Origin: Gekko japonicus
Taxonomy: Eukaryota
Assembly: GCF_001447785.1 (NCBI RefSeq)
Contig: NW_015170904.1
Location: forward strand, 330,939 to 394,938
DNA length: 64,000 nt
Direction: 5' to 3'
The translations under genes were made by a program, and so were the position numbers. Below are positions 47,952 to 60,416 of the stretch, one piece after another. Position 1 is the first letter of the stretch, and every line of letters begins with the position of its first letter. The notes beneath the pieces were generated by a model, which was not told the DNA's origin, ran no database searches, and saw nothing but the letters and a program-made list of their open reading frames with translations.

Positions 47952-48700
47952 TCTTCTTCGTGGTCTCTGTGCATCACACCTCTGGGATATAGTGTGCCTG
48001 CGCCCACCCCGATCGGTACAATAGAAAGCAAAAGGAATTTTCGTGCCCGCTCCCCAGACACGTGCCGGGCTCCACTGCACATAACCAAGGGAGGGGCACG
48101 ACAATCCCGCCAGTTCTCTTCTGACTGCCGCGCTGGTAGGACTCTCTCTGCTTCGGTCAGTAAAACTATACTTTTTTGGGCCTTTTGGCCTTGTTTTATT
48201 CAAGTTTAGTTAGTTAGGAAAGTTTTTCAGTTAGTGTTTTGTTGGACTTTATTTCTACCATCCCTTCCCCTGGCCTATGACTGCATGGTGGGGTTTCTTT
48301 AAATGGTGCTTGGAATGTGGCAGTAAGTTGCCCCCCCGATGGACATTCTCTTTGCCTTTCATGCTTGGAGGAATCACACCAAGTTGCCTCTTGCGCCCAT
48401 TGCCCAATTCAGGCACTACAGTCCGAAGCCCATTCTTCTTCCAAAAGACATAAGGAGGAGCTACCCGGTTTTGGTGATCGCCATGGCAGTAGCCTTCTCC
48501 CGGACCTCCGGGAGAAGACTGCCAGCGCCCACAGCTGGGAAGGGGTGCGATTATCCACACCACCCCAGGAACCCGGGAGAAAGGCTCCCAGCCATGGGGC
48601 GCTAGAGAGCTCCCCCCAGCGAAAAAAGCCAGTGAGGGGGGACTATTCCAAGCCCCAATGGTCCCACCGTGGAATGTCCCGTATGGGAAAATGATCAGCA
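47952..48700 (+). mobile_element. Decayed 5' end of a second DIRS family (left ITR and gag Zn finger)
   Basis: From ATG at 48277: GFFKWCLECGSKLPP/frameshift/DGHSLCLSCLEESHQVASCAHC, the Cys/His finger typical of vertebrate DIRS ORF1; pyrimidine-rich start tcttcttcg. Confidence 0.72.
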
Positions 48701-48704
48701 CACC

Positions 48705-49830
48705 GGAGCAAGCGTTTGGTGATCAAGCGATACTAGACACAAGCGAGCAATCATTGAAAATGAGAGTTTAAGTACAAGCGAGACAACGAAAAAGCGCATG
48801 GCTCTCCCGAAAGAAAACTAGGGGGGAGGGGACTCTCCTCTGTTAAGAAACTGTTTACAGGTAATTTTAGCTACAAAAGGGGGGGCTGCTACAAAAAGCG
48901 ATCAGAATAAAATAAAGAGACTGTAAAAGCTTACCGCATTATAAAAGAACTTCCATAGACTTTGACAAACTTTTGATAAAAGTAAACAATTCTCAAACAT
49001 GGCGCTGCCAATGGTGAAGGACTCTAGAGATAAACAAGCGAAAGCAGAGCTTCTTCCTGGAAGTTCCAGCCCTGCGAGTTCTACTCCTAGACAGTATTCA
49101 ACAGCGGAACTTCAAAGGCTCTTGTCGGAAGCACTTCACTGTCTGCTGGAGAAAATTACGGCAATTGGCAACAAGCTGGACACACAACAAGCGCAAATGG
49201 CTGCAAACACGCAGAAAATCGGGGGGGGGGGAATGGAACAGGAGCTTAAAGTGATTGATACCAACTCAAAAAAGATGGACAAAAAACTGCAGGCACTGGG
49301 GGAAAAGTGTCAAATCTAAGAGTCTCGAGTATTCCAGCTTCAAATGGAAAGAGCAAGCTATGTCTTGAGACTTCAAGGTATCCAGGAAGAGAAAGGAGAA
49401 AATCTGAGACAGATTGTCAGCGACACTCTCGCACCCATGGCAGAGATGACATCGGATCAACTTCAAAGCAAAATAGATATGGTCAACAGATCGTATTCAG
49501 AATTTATTAGAAAGAATAATATGTCAGGGGAAGTTACAATAAGATTCTTTCAAAGAAAAGTGAGAGACCAATTACTGAAAGCATCTAATGGGGCTACCTT
49601 GAAGATAAAAGACAAAGATATATGAATACTGAAAGATGTTCCATTTGAGATAAGAAGGAAAAGAAGGAAATATAGAGACTTGTCTCTATTTCTACAAAAG
49701 CATGATGTTGCCTACAGATGGTTAACACCGAGGGACTAATCTTCAGATTTGGAAATAGTAAAGAAAGGATTGACTCTGTTGAAAAGGCTTGTGAATTTTT
49801 GCATCAACATAGCAGTCCAACAGGAGAAGG
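48705..49830 (+). pseudogene. L1-clade ORF1p (coiled coil, RRM, CTD) with 5' UTR, disrupted
   Basis: Heptad-rich N-terminal part; LRLQGIQEEKGENLRQIV; IRFFQRKVRDQLL; after a stop, ILKDVPFEIRRKRRKY...YRWLTP/EGLIF. Confidence 0.8.
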
Positions 49831-49834
49831 TGTG

Positions 49835-49985
49835 ACTGATGACGCCAAAGGCCAGGCTTGCAGCAATTAGGGCCAGGTCCTTTTCAATGGCAGCTCCTAT
49901 CTGGTGGAACGAGCTCCCGGAGGAAATCAGGGCCCTGCGGGACATTCTGCAGTTCCGCAGGGCCTGTAAGACGGAGCTCTATGCC
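49835..49985 (+). mobile_element. L2 LINE ORF2 C-terminal fragment
   Basis: RSFSMAAPIWWNELPEEIR...FRRACKTEL fits the L2 motif RAFS.AAP..WN.LP..IR...F...LKT.L. Confidence 0.8.
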
Positions 49986-50168
49986 CCATCCAGTCCCTTG
50001 ACTCTGACCAGGAGCTGGACTTGACTCAGATCCTCGATCACCTGATATTGAGAGTCTGCAACGAGATCAAAGGACACATAATGTTGTCCCTTCACCTCTG
50101 TTCATCCCTGATGAGCGAGATCGATCTCCGACGCCAATTCCACCCATGTCATGGGATCAGCGCCAATA

Positions 50169-50450
50169 GGCCATGGTCTTGGCATTATAGTACCTGATGT
50201 TTCACCAGCAGCTGTGACTAGGTTCCTCAGAAGTATAACACAGAAATATGGAGTACTCTCTGTGTCAATGTGAGAAGAAAAATGGTAGGCACATTGACAC
50301 CGAGAGTACTCCATTTTTCTGTGTTATTCCTCTGAGGATGCCAGTCACAGCTGCTGGCGAAACATCAGGTACTACAGTGCCAAGACCATGGCCATACAGC
50401 CCGGAAAATCTACAACTAATAAACTCCGGCCATGAAAGCCTTCAACAAGA
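50169..50450. mobile_element. Penelope-like inverted pLTR pair (fold-back)
   Basis: 104-bp arms 50169-50272 / 50290-50393; tail catggccatacagcccggaaaa...tccggccatgaaagcctt typical of squamate PLE 3' ends. Confidence 0.85.
50329..50369 (+). ncRNA. Minimal type I hammerhead ribozyme motif (antisense twin at about 50193-50233)
   Basis: CCU-CUGAGGA-u-GCCAG..CUGGC-GAAA-CA-UC-AGG; stem III altered (probable CG>CA). Confidence 0.65.
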
Positions 50451-50451
50451 T

Positions 50452-52041
50452 AGTATTTATGCATACCTTTCTATATCAAACAAAGGAACTTCAAGAACAG
50501 ACTAGAAAGGGAAATTGCTTAATTGGAAGTTATTACAACATTCAAAACAATGGAATCCCCAGAACGTAACAGGGATATTGGTTTCTTATCGCACTACATA
50601 TGCTAACCTCATTCAGCCCTTATATCTGTATTCTCACCAATCCCCCAGAAGGGCCATTTTATTTTATCTTTTATTTGGAATAATAGATTAGAATAGTAGA
50701 TTGTAATGTAATGTAATGAATAGTAGAAATCGGAATGTATTTCTCTGGTCTGGGGACAGGGGAGATAAATCTGCACAGCCAATTGCCCCACTTCAAAGAA
50801 GATAATGCTGTAAAGTCACCTCCATGCTTGAGAGGAGATGGATGGCAGGGTCTCAATTAATTACTCTCAGGGTGCATTCAGACATGCTGTTTGATCTGGT
50901 GTTGTGACAGTTCAGCAACGGATTTTATATGCACGATCACACAGTCAACATCTGCCTCCCGTGCCCAGCCGTTGGTTTTTGGCTCAAAACTGCTTTAACC
51001 CGGAGTATTTTGTTACCAGGTTCCAAAGTGGTGTTTTCTCAGCTCTCCCATTTAAAGCAGCATTTCCCCTGTGTGATTGCTCCTCTGGTGTCAAGCCACT
51101 TCTGGTTTAAACCCCCTCCCCACTCGAAAGCTGCCCAAGGCTTCCACTTTTTGCCCGCCATTTTTTTTGAGTGTCGGCGGTACGTGCATAGAGGGAGCTC
51201 CTCTACCGTGTTTAGAAAATTGACATTTAAATGGTCACTTGTTTTAGAGTTTAGATGAGTTTGGGATCTCACAGAGGCCATTTTCGGTTCAAACATTTAA
51301 AGGGAGGTCTTTTGTTGGAGGGGTTGGATTGATTCACCCTGGTGGTTTTGCGCATGCACCATGGTAGTTTTGCCCCCCATTCTACGGATGAGCGCCTATG
51401 CACATTCGCAAACTGAGAATTTTTTTTTTTAATCTGCCGACATGCTCCTGTGCATTGGTAGTGTAGACGCCGGAGAGCGCTGCGACTGTGTGGTGAGGCG
51501 GGATAAGGGAGATAAGTGTGATCACGATTATCCAGATCAAATATAATCCGGTCAGAACCGGAGCAGTTTAACCCGCTCTCAGCATGCCATCTGACTGCAC
51601 CCTCAGTGTTCTCCAATTAAAGATACTCTCCAATTTTGATAAATTTATTTCCTTCACTGTTTTTGCCCCAGAATTGAACCCAAACAAATGTTTACCATAT
51701 AAACTAAGTTTATTATTCCTGTTTGAACCTTGTATCTGTTAAACATCTTCATTATGCTGTATGATAATTTACTGCTCACCCTCTACCTATATGTATGGAT
51801 TGGTAATCTCCAATTTTGTTTTTGTCTGTGTCTTTACTCTAATTGGCCCTTCCTGGTAACTAACTTTCCCCCCTCCTTTTATATATGTAATGGTTGAGGA
51901 AATTCTGTTTCACTGTATCAGAAGAAGTGTGCTTGCACACGAAAGCTTACACCTTGCATAAAACTTTGTTGGTCTTAAAGGTGCCACTGGACTCAAACTT
52001 TGTTCTGCTGCTTCAGACCAACATGGCTATCCACCTGGATC
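50452..52041 (+). mobile_element. Neptune-type Penelope 3' fragment (end of GIY-YIG ORF to pLTR), interrupted by a MITE
   Basis: KQRNFKNRLEREIA*LEVITTFKTM...NRDIGFLSHY at about 50477-50605; degenerate hammerhead cagaagaagtgtgcttgcacacgaaagc at about 51919 with the same tail as 20395. Confidence 0.72.
50870..51602. mobile_element. PIF/Harbinger MITE (733 bp)
   Basis: TIR gggtgcattcaga / tctgactgcaccc; TCA TSD. Confidence 0.85.
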
Positions 52042-53354
52042 TATATAAACTAAGTCATTTTAAAGATTCAAGCTGAAGAAAAACAGCTCTGGCACTTTAT
52101 AGATTAGCTGATAGCCTTTGTACAAGTTTTCCATGAAACTTCTTATGAAGCATTGTTTCTGACTATCATTATAAGTAATTATAAACTGGCTGCCCCCTGT
52201 GTAGATAATGAAACCCGCAGAACAGGACCACTCATAGACAAGGTGGAACACTCTGCACACTGAGGGGACTCCCCAAGAATGCAGAAAAATATAACTTTGT
52301 AAATTAAGCAAAAGGGGAACTCCTCCTAGAAACTGGCCAGATGAGAACCCCGCGCCTGACTGGGGGAGTTACAGTGGCCCAGGTGCAAACCCTGCTATAT
52401 CAGCAATGACACTGTCTCATGTATTGCCTCCTCCTGCAAACTGGTGGCAGTATGAGGCAGTTAGTGATCTGACACCAATGATGCCACTGAAAGGTCCAAG
52501 CCAAGTGGCCCCTGCAGTTCTGGCAGAATTACTGGGCTTTGACTCTGCTTGCTCTTTGCAGCCAGGGCACATTAAGGCAGTGACCCACCTGAAAATTTTT
52601 CTGTATTCAGTCCATCCCTGTGAGGACTGAATAGACGTCTCATGATTATATGAATGATTGTAATAGCACAGTTTATATGTTTTCCTGCAGTTAAAGGAAG
52701 GGGTGGTGGTAGAAAAACCAGTCTGTTAAAGCCCTGGAGAACTTAGAGAATCTTAGAGAAAGAAATTTGGGGGTGGCAATTGTATAGGAATTTCCCAGTT
52801 GTTTATATTCTTCCCACTCTCTGATTCTTAGTGCTCCCTTAGCCTTTATATCTAACACCAAAACGAATGGACCCCAATATGATAATGAAAGCGACAAAGC
52901 CAGGCCACATGTACATAGGGCAGGTGTTTTTATGCACTCATGGGATTTCCAAGATATGCAAAAATAGGACCTTGTAAATGAACCAGTAGAAACAGAAATT
53001 CAAGATAGCCTGAGGGGAACTAAATATGGTTCAGAATGGATAGAATACTGAAAACAGGTTAACATCTGTTATAGGGAAAAGGGTGAAGGGGTAGGTAATT
53101 CTGCCATGTCCCTTCATTATGATAGCATCATTCAGTCACCTCTGTTGATGGAGCAGTGAGCCAGGCCCAGAACAGTGGAGTGGATCCTATCCCTCTCCTA
53201 CCATTCCACAGAGCACAGTTTGAAGCCTTCCTCCAGCCTAAGGAAACTTCCTCCAACTTCCATTGAAGGAAGAACATTTTAAATTGGATGAAGTCTTCTA
53301 ACTTTGCTCAGCAGAGTGGCAGGATCCACCTCAGTGACTCAAGCATAACACTGT

Positions 53355-54620
53355 AATTATTTATTATTTATATAGCACCATTGATGTTCATGTTAAATAT
53401 TAAGAAGCAGAAATGCAGATCCTTACACAAGCAGTGTCATCTCTAAAAATTAATGGGGGGCAAAGAAGGATTGGGGGGGGAAGTAGGCAAAGATAATGGA
53501 AAGACTGTGTTCAGTTCTGTTGTGTAAACTCAGGTTTTTTTTCAATAGTGGATGGTACTAAGATGTCAGGTCAAAGCCTTCTTGGAAAGGATGAGCCGAA
53601 GGAAAGAAGGAGAGGCATCATCATCTCTGTATTTTGGGAGAGAGTCCCAAGGAAACAGTGCTGCACTGTGAAGAGAGAGAAAAAGAGTAGAGGACCAATC
53701 ACAGATTTTGGGGGGATCCCAGCTGGAAAAGGACAGAGGAAGAAGTTTCACCTTGGGGAAGTGTTGAGTAAATGATTAGATAACGAAGGGAAATAGTTGA
53801 GGACAGAACCATAGAACCTCAGGGTGTGAAAGGACTCAGCTGTGTAAAAAGCAGAAGTCAAGTAGGATTGGGACAGAAGGCAGTTTCAATGAAATGCAGA
53901 GTGAGAGCAACTGAGAAAGTGGGAGGAAGTGGTATGTTCCCAGAGTTTTTGGAAGAAATGGATACAAGGGAAACCAGATTTGGGGGGGGGGTGATTAAAG
54001 GAAACAGTCATCTTTGNNNNNNNNNNNNNNNNNNNNNNNNNNNNNNNNNNNNNNNNNNNNNNNNNNNNNNNNNNNNNNNNGATGAGAAGAAGGAGTCTAA
54101 TAGGGATAGGAATAAGAGGCTCAAGGGGGGAGAAAAAGGGCTGAAGGAGGTGTAGAAAGAGGGAAGAGATAAAAGGGGATAGAATGGATGTGAGGTAGAG
54201 TACATAGCTTTGATTTTATCATTAAAAATGAAGCATAATTTTGGATTGAGAGTGATTACAGGGAAATAGTAGGGGAAGGCTTTAGAAGGTGAAAATGAGA
54301 TGTTGGGAATTTCTGGTATAGATGTGGGTAATGGTGGTTTAATAGTAGGGCTTAGTCAGCAAGCTGGCAGAAGAGGAGGACAGGATGAATTAATAATGGA
54401 AAACCAGCCATTTCTTAGTTATCTCCTCCATAGATGATGAGCCACTCAACAGCATGAATAGGAGTATCAGAAGGTGTGAATTCGGGTTTGAGATTAGAGG
54501 GACAAATGGTTCTTTAGGAGATTTGGGCAAATTAGTAAAGTATTGAGTACAGAGAGTATTTGAATATTGAAACTGTAAAGTTTAGGGTGGGCAGAAGTGA
54601 TAGAAAAGGGGAAAGCATAT
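53355..54620 (-). mobile_element. Ancient L2 LINE remnant
   Basis: Minus strand GIP...SVIGPLLF (RT motif B-like) near 53690-53720; 3' end ggtgctatataaaataataaataat; strong purine skew. Confidence 0.55.
54017..54080. other. Assembly gap
   Basis: N run. Confidence 1.
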
Positions 54621-55051
54621 GTGAAAGAGCTATCTAAAGGGCATGCTGCCTCCCTGGCTGGGATCCCACTCCTAATGCATCCAATTAAATATTTGTTGAG
54701 TAGAAGTAGAAGAGTTATGCCTTTTACAGTTTGCTTCTCAAAATCCTGCTCAATGTCTTTGTTATCAATTTAAGTTCGTTTTCCTGGAGTTTGTTTCTTA
54801 ATAGTTCCTCACTGTGGCAAGCCTTTCACATTTAAAAGGAAGTCTCTTACCTGCTACTTTAAAACCTTGGTATTTTCTTAGATTTGATCATATGCAGGAA
54901 TTCAGGTACTGGGTTCTCTTATACACACTAAAAGTAAACTATTTTAGATTTAACATTAAAGTGAGCCTCCAAAGTTAATAAAAAACCCCAATAATGTCGG
55001 AGCTTTGGGAAGTTCTACCGCTACACCAACTGTTTTCAAATTGGTCTAGAG

Positions 55052-56317
55052 CAGAGGTTCCCAAACCTATTTGGCCTACCGCCCCCTTTTCAGAAAAAAA
55101 TTATTCAGTGCCCCCTGGAAATCTACCTTCAAGAAGTGGACAAAAAGATGTAGTGACAAATTTACACATGCTAAAGAAAGATGTTGTTGTAAGTAAAGAA
55201 AGATGTTGTTGGCCTGAAGCCAGAGGCCAGCAGCAGCCACCACGCAATAGCCCAGCAGCAACACCAGTCTTACAAGGGTGCACATGCATGGCTGTGATTG
55301 GCTGTGGGGACCCCTCTCCCACTCCCTCCCTGATCCCATGGAAGAACCAGAGAAGGCAGGAAAAGGCTGCTTTAGGCCCCGGCCACACGGGCAGGAAAAT
55401 GCGGGGGGGAGCGTGGCTGTTTGCCCCGGTGCAAAATAACGCGCGGTTGCACGATCAGACGTCCCCTCGAGGTCCCGTAGAGGTCCCGTGGTTAGGGGGG
55501 AGGTGCCGATCACACGACGCGGCAAAGAAGCGGCGTGGCGCGGCAAACGGGGCTGTGTTTTGGTTTTAAACTGAAGTGTGTGCATGCACCGTTGGGTGCT
55601 TGTGCGCATCCTGTGGAGACTTGGAAAAAAACCTTTTTGCATGTCGTACCCCACCCCCACCCACGAACCCCCCGCCTGCTCCATGGCCTTTCCCTTGAGT
55701 CCCCGTGTCGTCGTCATGCCCCCAACCCACTCGTGCCTTGCCCAGGAGGTGATGCCGGCATTGCTCATCCCAGGAAGGTGCCGGGGGGGCTGGCTGGTGC
55801 AAAGCTCTCTCTCTAACTCCCCCACAATGACTTGTCTGCTCTTCTTTCCTATTAATTGCGCTAGAAGAGAACGGCGCTGCTGGGAAGGGAACGGTGGGGT
55901 GGGGTGGGGGACACACACCTTTTTGCGAGGGGACATGGGCGGGCGCCGGATGCCACCAGAAACGCGATCAGACGCCCGCCCTTGCCCCGCAGTTACCGGA
56001 AACTAGTACCTCGGAGGTACTAGTTTTTAACTGCGCATCTTCGGAGGGAAGCCTCGGGTTTGCCATGGGAGCTCTACGCTTCCCAGATGTGGCGCTGTGA
56101 TCGCACCCGGAAAATCCACCTATCATCCGTCTCAGTAGCGTGGCTACTGCTCCGTGTGACCGCAGCCTTAAATAGGTTCTGGACTCTTCTTTCTTTATGC
56201 TTCCACCCCCCTTTATTTTTATTAATCGCCCCCCAATTGCACCCAAGGCTCCTACTGCCCACCTGGATCATTTTAGCGCCCCCCAGGGGGTGGTATTGTC
56301 CACTTTGGGAACCAGTG
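55052..56317. mobile_element. hAT-Charlie non-autonomous element with nested Harbinger MITE
   Basis: TIR cagaggttcccaaa / tttgggaaccagtg; perfect TSD GTCTAGAG (Charlie consensus NTCTAGAN). Confidence 0.9.
55375..56167. mobile_element. PIF/Harbinger MITE (793 bp)
   Basis: TIR ggccccggccacacgg / ccgtgtgaccgcagcc; TTA TSD. Confidence 0.85.
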
Positions 56318-59239
56318 GTCTAGAGAAAGAAGTGATCTTCATGTTTGTTACTAGATACTTTATATCCCTTATTTCTTTTGTTGCATTCAAGGCACTGAAC
56401 ATTGGGTTCCCAGGAGATCTCCCATCCCATGTTGTTAAAGCAACAAAATAGGAAAGCTTAGGAATGGTAAATTAACCTTGGAGGTTTGATGGGAAAGTAA
56501 TTACATATATTTCAGTTTCTCTCCCAAATTTTTGTGATTTTTTTCCTGTTAAAGTGGGGATTGGGGGAATCTGTATGACTTAAAAATTTCTGGGAAAGTT
56601 ATGTCTCTAGTCCTGCTGTGTCATTCTAGGGTAGAACTGAGCAGGAAGGCACAATACCACCAATCAAGGAATACATGTTAGTGGCCTTTTTCTTGAATGG
56701 AGGAGAACCAGTTTATAATCTATTTTAGTTTAATTCTTGAAGCTTCCAAACTTTCCTTTGTGTAGCCACAGAATCTCAACAGTGCAACTGCACAGAAAAC
56801 AACTGGAAAAAACATCAGTTAAAAATAAGCAACTTTGGTGTAAAAGACTTTGATTACGCACATTTCAAAGCACCCAATGACTCATTTATAACAGTAGAAT
56901 TTAATCACCTATAACTTGCATTGGATTGCACCTAATACTACCAAAGCCTCAAAGGCTTGCGTGAAGCAAAGTACTGTTAATCAAATTATCAACACTTCAG
57001 TCAAATTTGTTACAGTTCGTGGTAAGTAAATAAGCAATTGACCAAAGTAAGCTGGTGCTGAATTCAGTGTAAGTGGGATTAGTAGTTTGATCTAGGAACT
57101 TGATCTGATGCACTTTTTTGTTCTTTTTAAACTTCTGTTATTGATCTCAATTACATGAACAGAAAGTCTTGTTTCTTAAAGGATTACATTCTGTTTTATC
57201 CAAGGGAGTTAATGTTGTGTTGTTTAGGTGGATATATACGTGCCACTTTTCTTCTTTTATGTCTGTTTACTTTTCCATTTTTATGACATCAGTAATTCTT
57301 TGTACACTTGGTGTGTTCTGTGCGCTTTTAAAACTAAATGCCCTGTACACAAGTGGGTAGAGGGATTTCTGTATGAAGCAATCAATTGTGTTGATGGAAT
57401 CAAAGCATTCTGTCTAGAACTAATACAAAAGTTGTAGCAGTAAAAGTAAACCTGAAAAGAATTAGGATGAGTACATGCATATAATAATATGTTGGACTGA
57501 AAGCTTCCCAATCTCTGAGAACAAAGGGTTTTGAGTAATATATTATTCAAGGGGGGGGTGATAGACATCAAGGTTTAGAGAGTTTGTGCTGAAGAACAAA
57601 GGGGGGTCTCATCTTTGGAGTTTTTCTTTTCCCCCAAGACCAAGTTGTGTTTGTTGAACTGAAGATCCTCACAATGGTTTATTATCGATAAGTAAGCACT
57701 CTGTAACTTGATTGTTTTTTATTAACTCTCCATGAAAGCAATTCATCTTGAAATGCAATCGGACTCATTTGCTGCTTTGTTTACAGTTGCCCCTGCTAAC
57801 GTGAAAACATCTTCAATGTTTTTGTTTAGTCTGATCAGCCATTCAAACTGTGGCATCCATTTTGTCTCCAGGGTAAGAAGATTGACCTTTTTGGGTGGCT
57901 ACAGCTGAAGATTGCTTTACAGAAGCCACTAGAAAGGTAAATAACATTTAATGTTTGCACTTGGTTTGCGTGGAATGAAGTAAATGCATGAATTCAGTAC
58001 CCTGCCTTGCTGGCCTGTATGCCTGTGGATATGCCTTATCTCCTTGAAGGTGCCATCACTGAAGTGACATATGTACCCAGTGAAAACACAAGCATGTGAC
58101 TGGATGTACCCGGACAGTTTGATTAACCTGAAAGTTCTGGCTAAATCATAATTCATTTAATCTTGTTCTGCATTCTCCAGTTAGTGTGGTGAATGGAAAG
58201 GAGATTCTTTGCTAGAGTTGGCTCCTGCGCAGGAGCAGTTCTTCAGAGAATGTCTCAGTTTGAAAGCTTTTGAGGTGGTTTGAGCTAGATCACACCTAAC
58301 GTAGACTTGAATTGGTTTTCAATATAAGCGATGGAATAAATGGCTCTTAAGCTACAGTCCAAAGCATACTTATTACAGTTGTTTGAGGAGAGATGCTGTG
58401 GATTGGATGCTTAAGCACTGAGGAATTTTTGTTGCGTTTTAATATCGACCCATTTCCTTTTTCTTTTTGCCATTCCAAATAGTTTAGGGGTTGGAGAGAG
58501 GTTTGTGGCAGCAGTAGAATTAATAGTCAGTGTAGGAGGCCTGGGGTTCGGTCCATCTTCAGTTCCAGAATAAAGCAGCAGTAAGACAGGCCCTAGAAAT
58601 TTGATCATGAGACTCTTTTTAGTAGAATTATGTTTTATTGGGCTAGATGAATCAGTTTTTAGACATCATTACAGGATCCTACGAATGTCAACAACAAACA
58701 AAATTAAGGAGGGTAGTAATATCTGTTTTTGGATTCAAAGTTGTGTTGTCTTGTGGATGTTCACGTGGTGGCCTGTATTCATTTCTTTCAGAAAGTAATA
58801 GTTATTTAAGTAACACAGCAACATCATTTGTGTAGTGATTGTCTTTGATATAATGTCAGCAATTGTTAATCTTTGATCTTTCAGTTTTGTGACTGTTTAT
58901 AGGGACAAGGCAATAAATTCACTTTCAGTTCAGAAATTCTGAAATAGATTTTATACTGTGGTGAATTAGCGCATTTTGAAAAAAATATTTAAAATACTTT
59001 GGAGAAAAATTCAAATGCATCATATGTTCTTGTCTCACTTCTTAAAATACACTAGTGGGAACCCTGAAAGGATTTTCACAGGTCACTTCATTTTCTTCTG
59101 TATCCCTATCTCCACGCTTCCTCTTTCTTTCCTTGTGGCAGCCATCCTTTCCTTCTCCCCTTTTCCCTGCTTCCTTCTCTCCTTCCTGCTTATCACTAAG
59201 CAATATTCCTTTTCTCTTCCCCCCATAATCAGCTTACTT

Positions 59240-59450
59240 TACCTCATTTATGTCCCACTTTTCTCCCCAGCGGAGGCGCAAAGGGGCTTACATTATGACA
59301 TTTTATCTTCACAGCAACTCTGTGAGGTAGATAAGGCTAAGAGAGTGACTGGCTGTGGGTCATCCAGCAGGCTTCCATGGCAGAATGGGGATCTGAACCT
59401 GGGTCTCGCAGATCCTAGTCTGAAATTGTAATCTCTACCCCATACTTGCT
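59240..59450 (-). mobile_element. Old Squam3-like SINE
   Basis: ctgtgaggtag...gcttccatggcagaatggggatctgaacctgggtctc. Confidence 0.7.
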
Positions 59451-59910
59451 TTCAGCTATTTCCCACCCTGTGGCAGGCTCTCCCTGAGAAAGGTCTGGCC
59501 AAGTTGTGTTAGCAGTTTGCTCAGGTGAGTTGTGTGGTAACCTCTTCTGGGCCCAGCCAAGTCACACAACTTGTGTGGAGGCTGCTGCTGGGCCCAGGTG
59601 AGCTGTGTGGCATCAGTTTGTAGCCACTAGTGCACCTGGTTGCATTTTGCAATTGGATGGTAGCAAGTTGTCTAGTGGTTGCTGCTGACCCTGGCCTTAA
59701 TGAGTCTTCACTCTATGGTAGGAAGGAGGGGAACAGGGATGGATTGGGAGGCCAAAATAGCTCTGAAAACGGCCCTCCCTTGTGCCCTTTAGTTGCAAAA
59801 ATCAAGGCTGACAATATTGTTGGGTTGTCTAGCAACCGCCACAGTGGCCACGGAGATCTCCTTCCTTAAGGGTGCAGGTGCTGCCTATCTTATTTGAGGA
59901 GAGTTCAAAC

Positions 59911-60111
59911 TAGGATTGTTAAATTCCTGGAGATTTTTTTTGGGTGGAGCCTGGGGAGGGTGTGGTTTGGGGAGGGGACAGGATCTTCAGCAGGGTATAA
60001 TACCACCCTTCAAGCCCGCCATTTTCTCCAGGAGAACTGATCTCTTTTTATCTGGAGATCAGTTGTAATTCCAGGAAATTGCCAGGCTGCACCTGGTGGT
60101 TGGCAACACTA
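59911..60111 (+). mobile_element. hAT-like MITE (TAGGGTTGCCA family)
   Basis: Degenerate TIRs; TSD gttcaaac/gtttaacc. Confidence 0.75.
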
Positions 60112-60252
60112 GTTTAACCGACTAGTTTATTTATTAATTTATTTATATTTAGAGTTCAATTTTTTATTCCATCTAGTGTTTTCTCTCCCTCCCTCTCCCT
60201 CCCTCTTTTTAGGTGAGCATTTTGTGTGTGTGTGTGCGCGCACACACACACC

Positions 60253-60416
60253 TCGAAGTCATGGTTGACTTCTGGTGACCCTTAGTGGGGCTTGGATGTT
60301 TTGGAGAGGTGGCTTACTATTGCTTGCCTGCCTCTGCATACCGGCCCTGGTATTCCTTGGAGGTCTCCCTTGCAAGTGCTTGCCAGGGTTGGCCCTGACG
60401 AGATCAGGCTGGCCTG
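60253..60416 (-). mobile_element. 5S-Sauria-type SINE
   Basis: ctgacgagatcaggctggcctg and ccctggtattccttggaggtctccc are reverse complements of the 5S-derived head. Confidence 0.75.

Noticed and set aside
50105-50135. Additional hammerhead (ctgatgag-cgagatcgatctc)
   Set aside because: Has CUGAUGA and a stem but no GAAA or UH.
54994-56006. 191-, 286- and 142-aa ORFs
   Set aside because: They cross MITE boundaries in GC-rich DNA; no DDE or Myb motifs.
57787-57872. Possible 86-nt + strand exon (tttacag ... AGG|GTAAGA)
   Set aside because: Splice motifs plausible but the peptide is unrecognisable and there is no other support.
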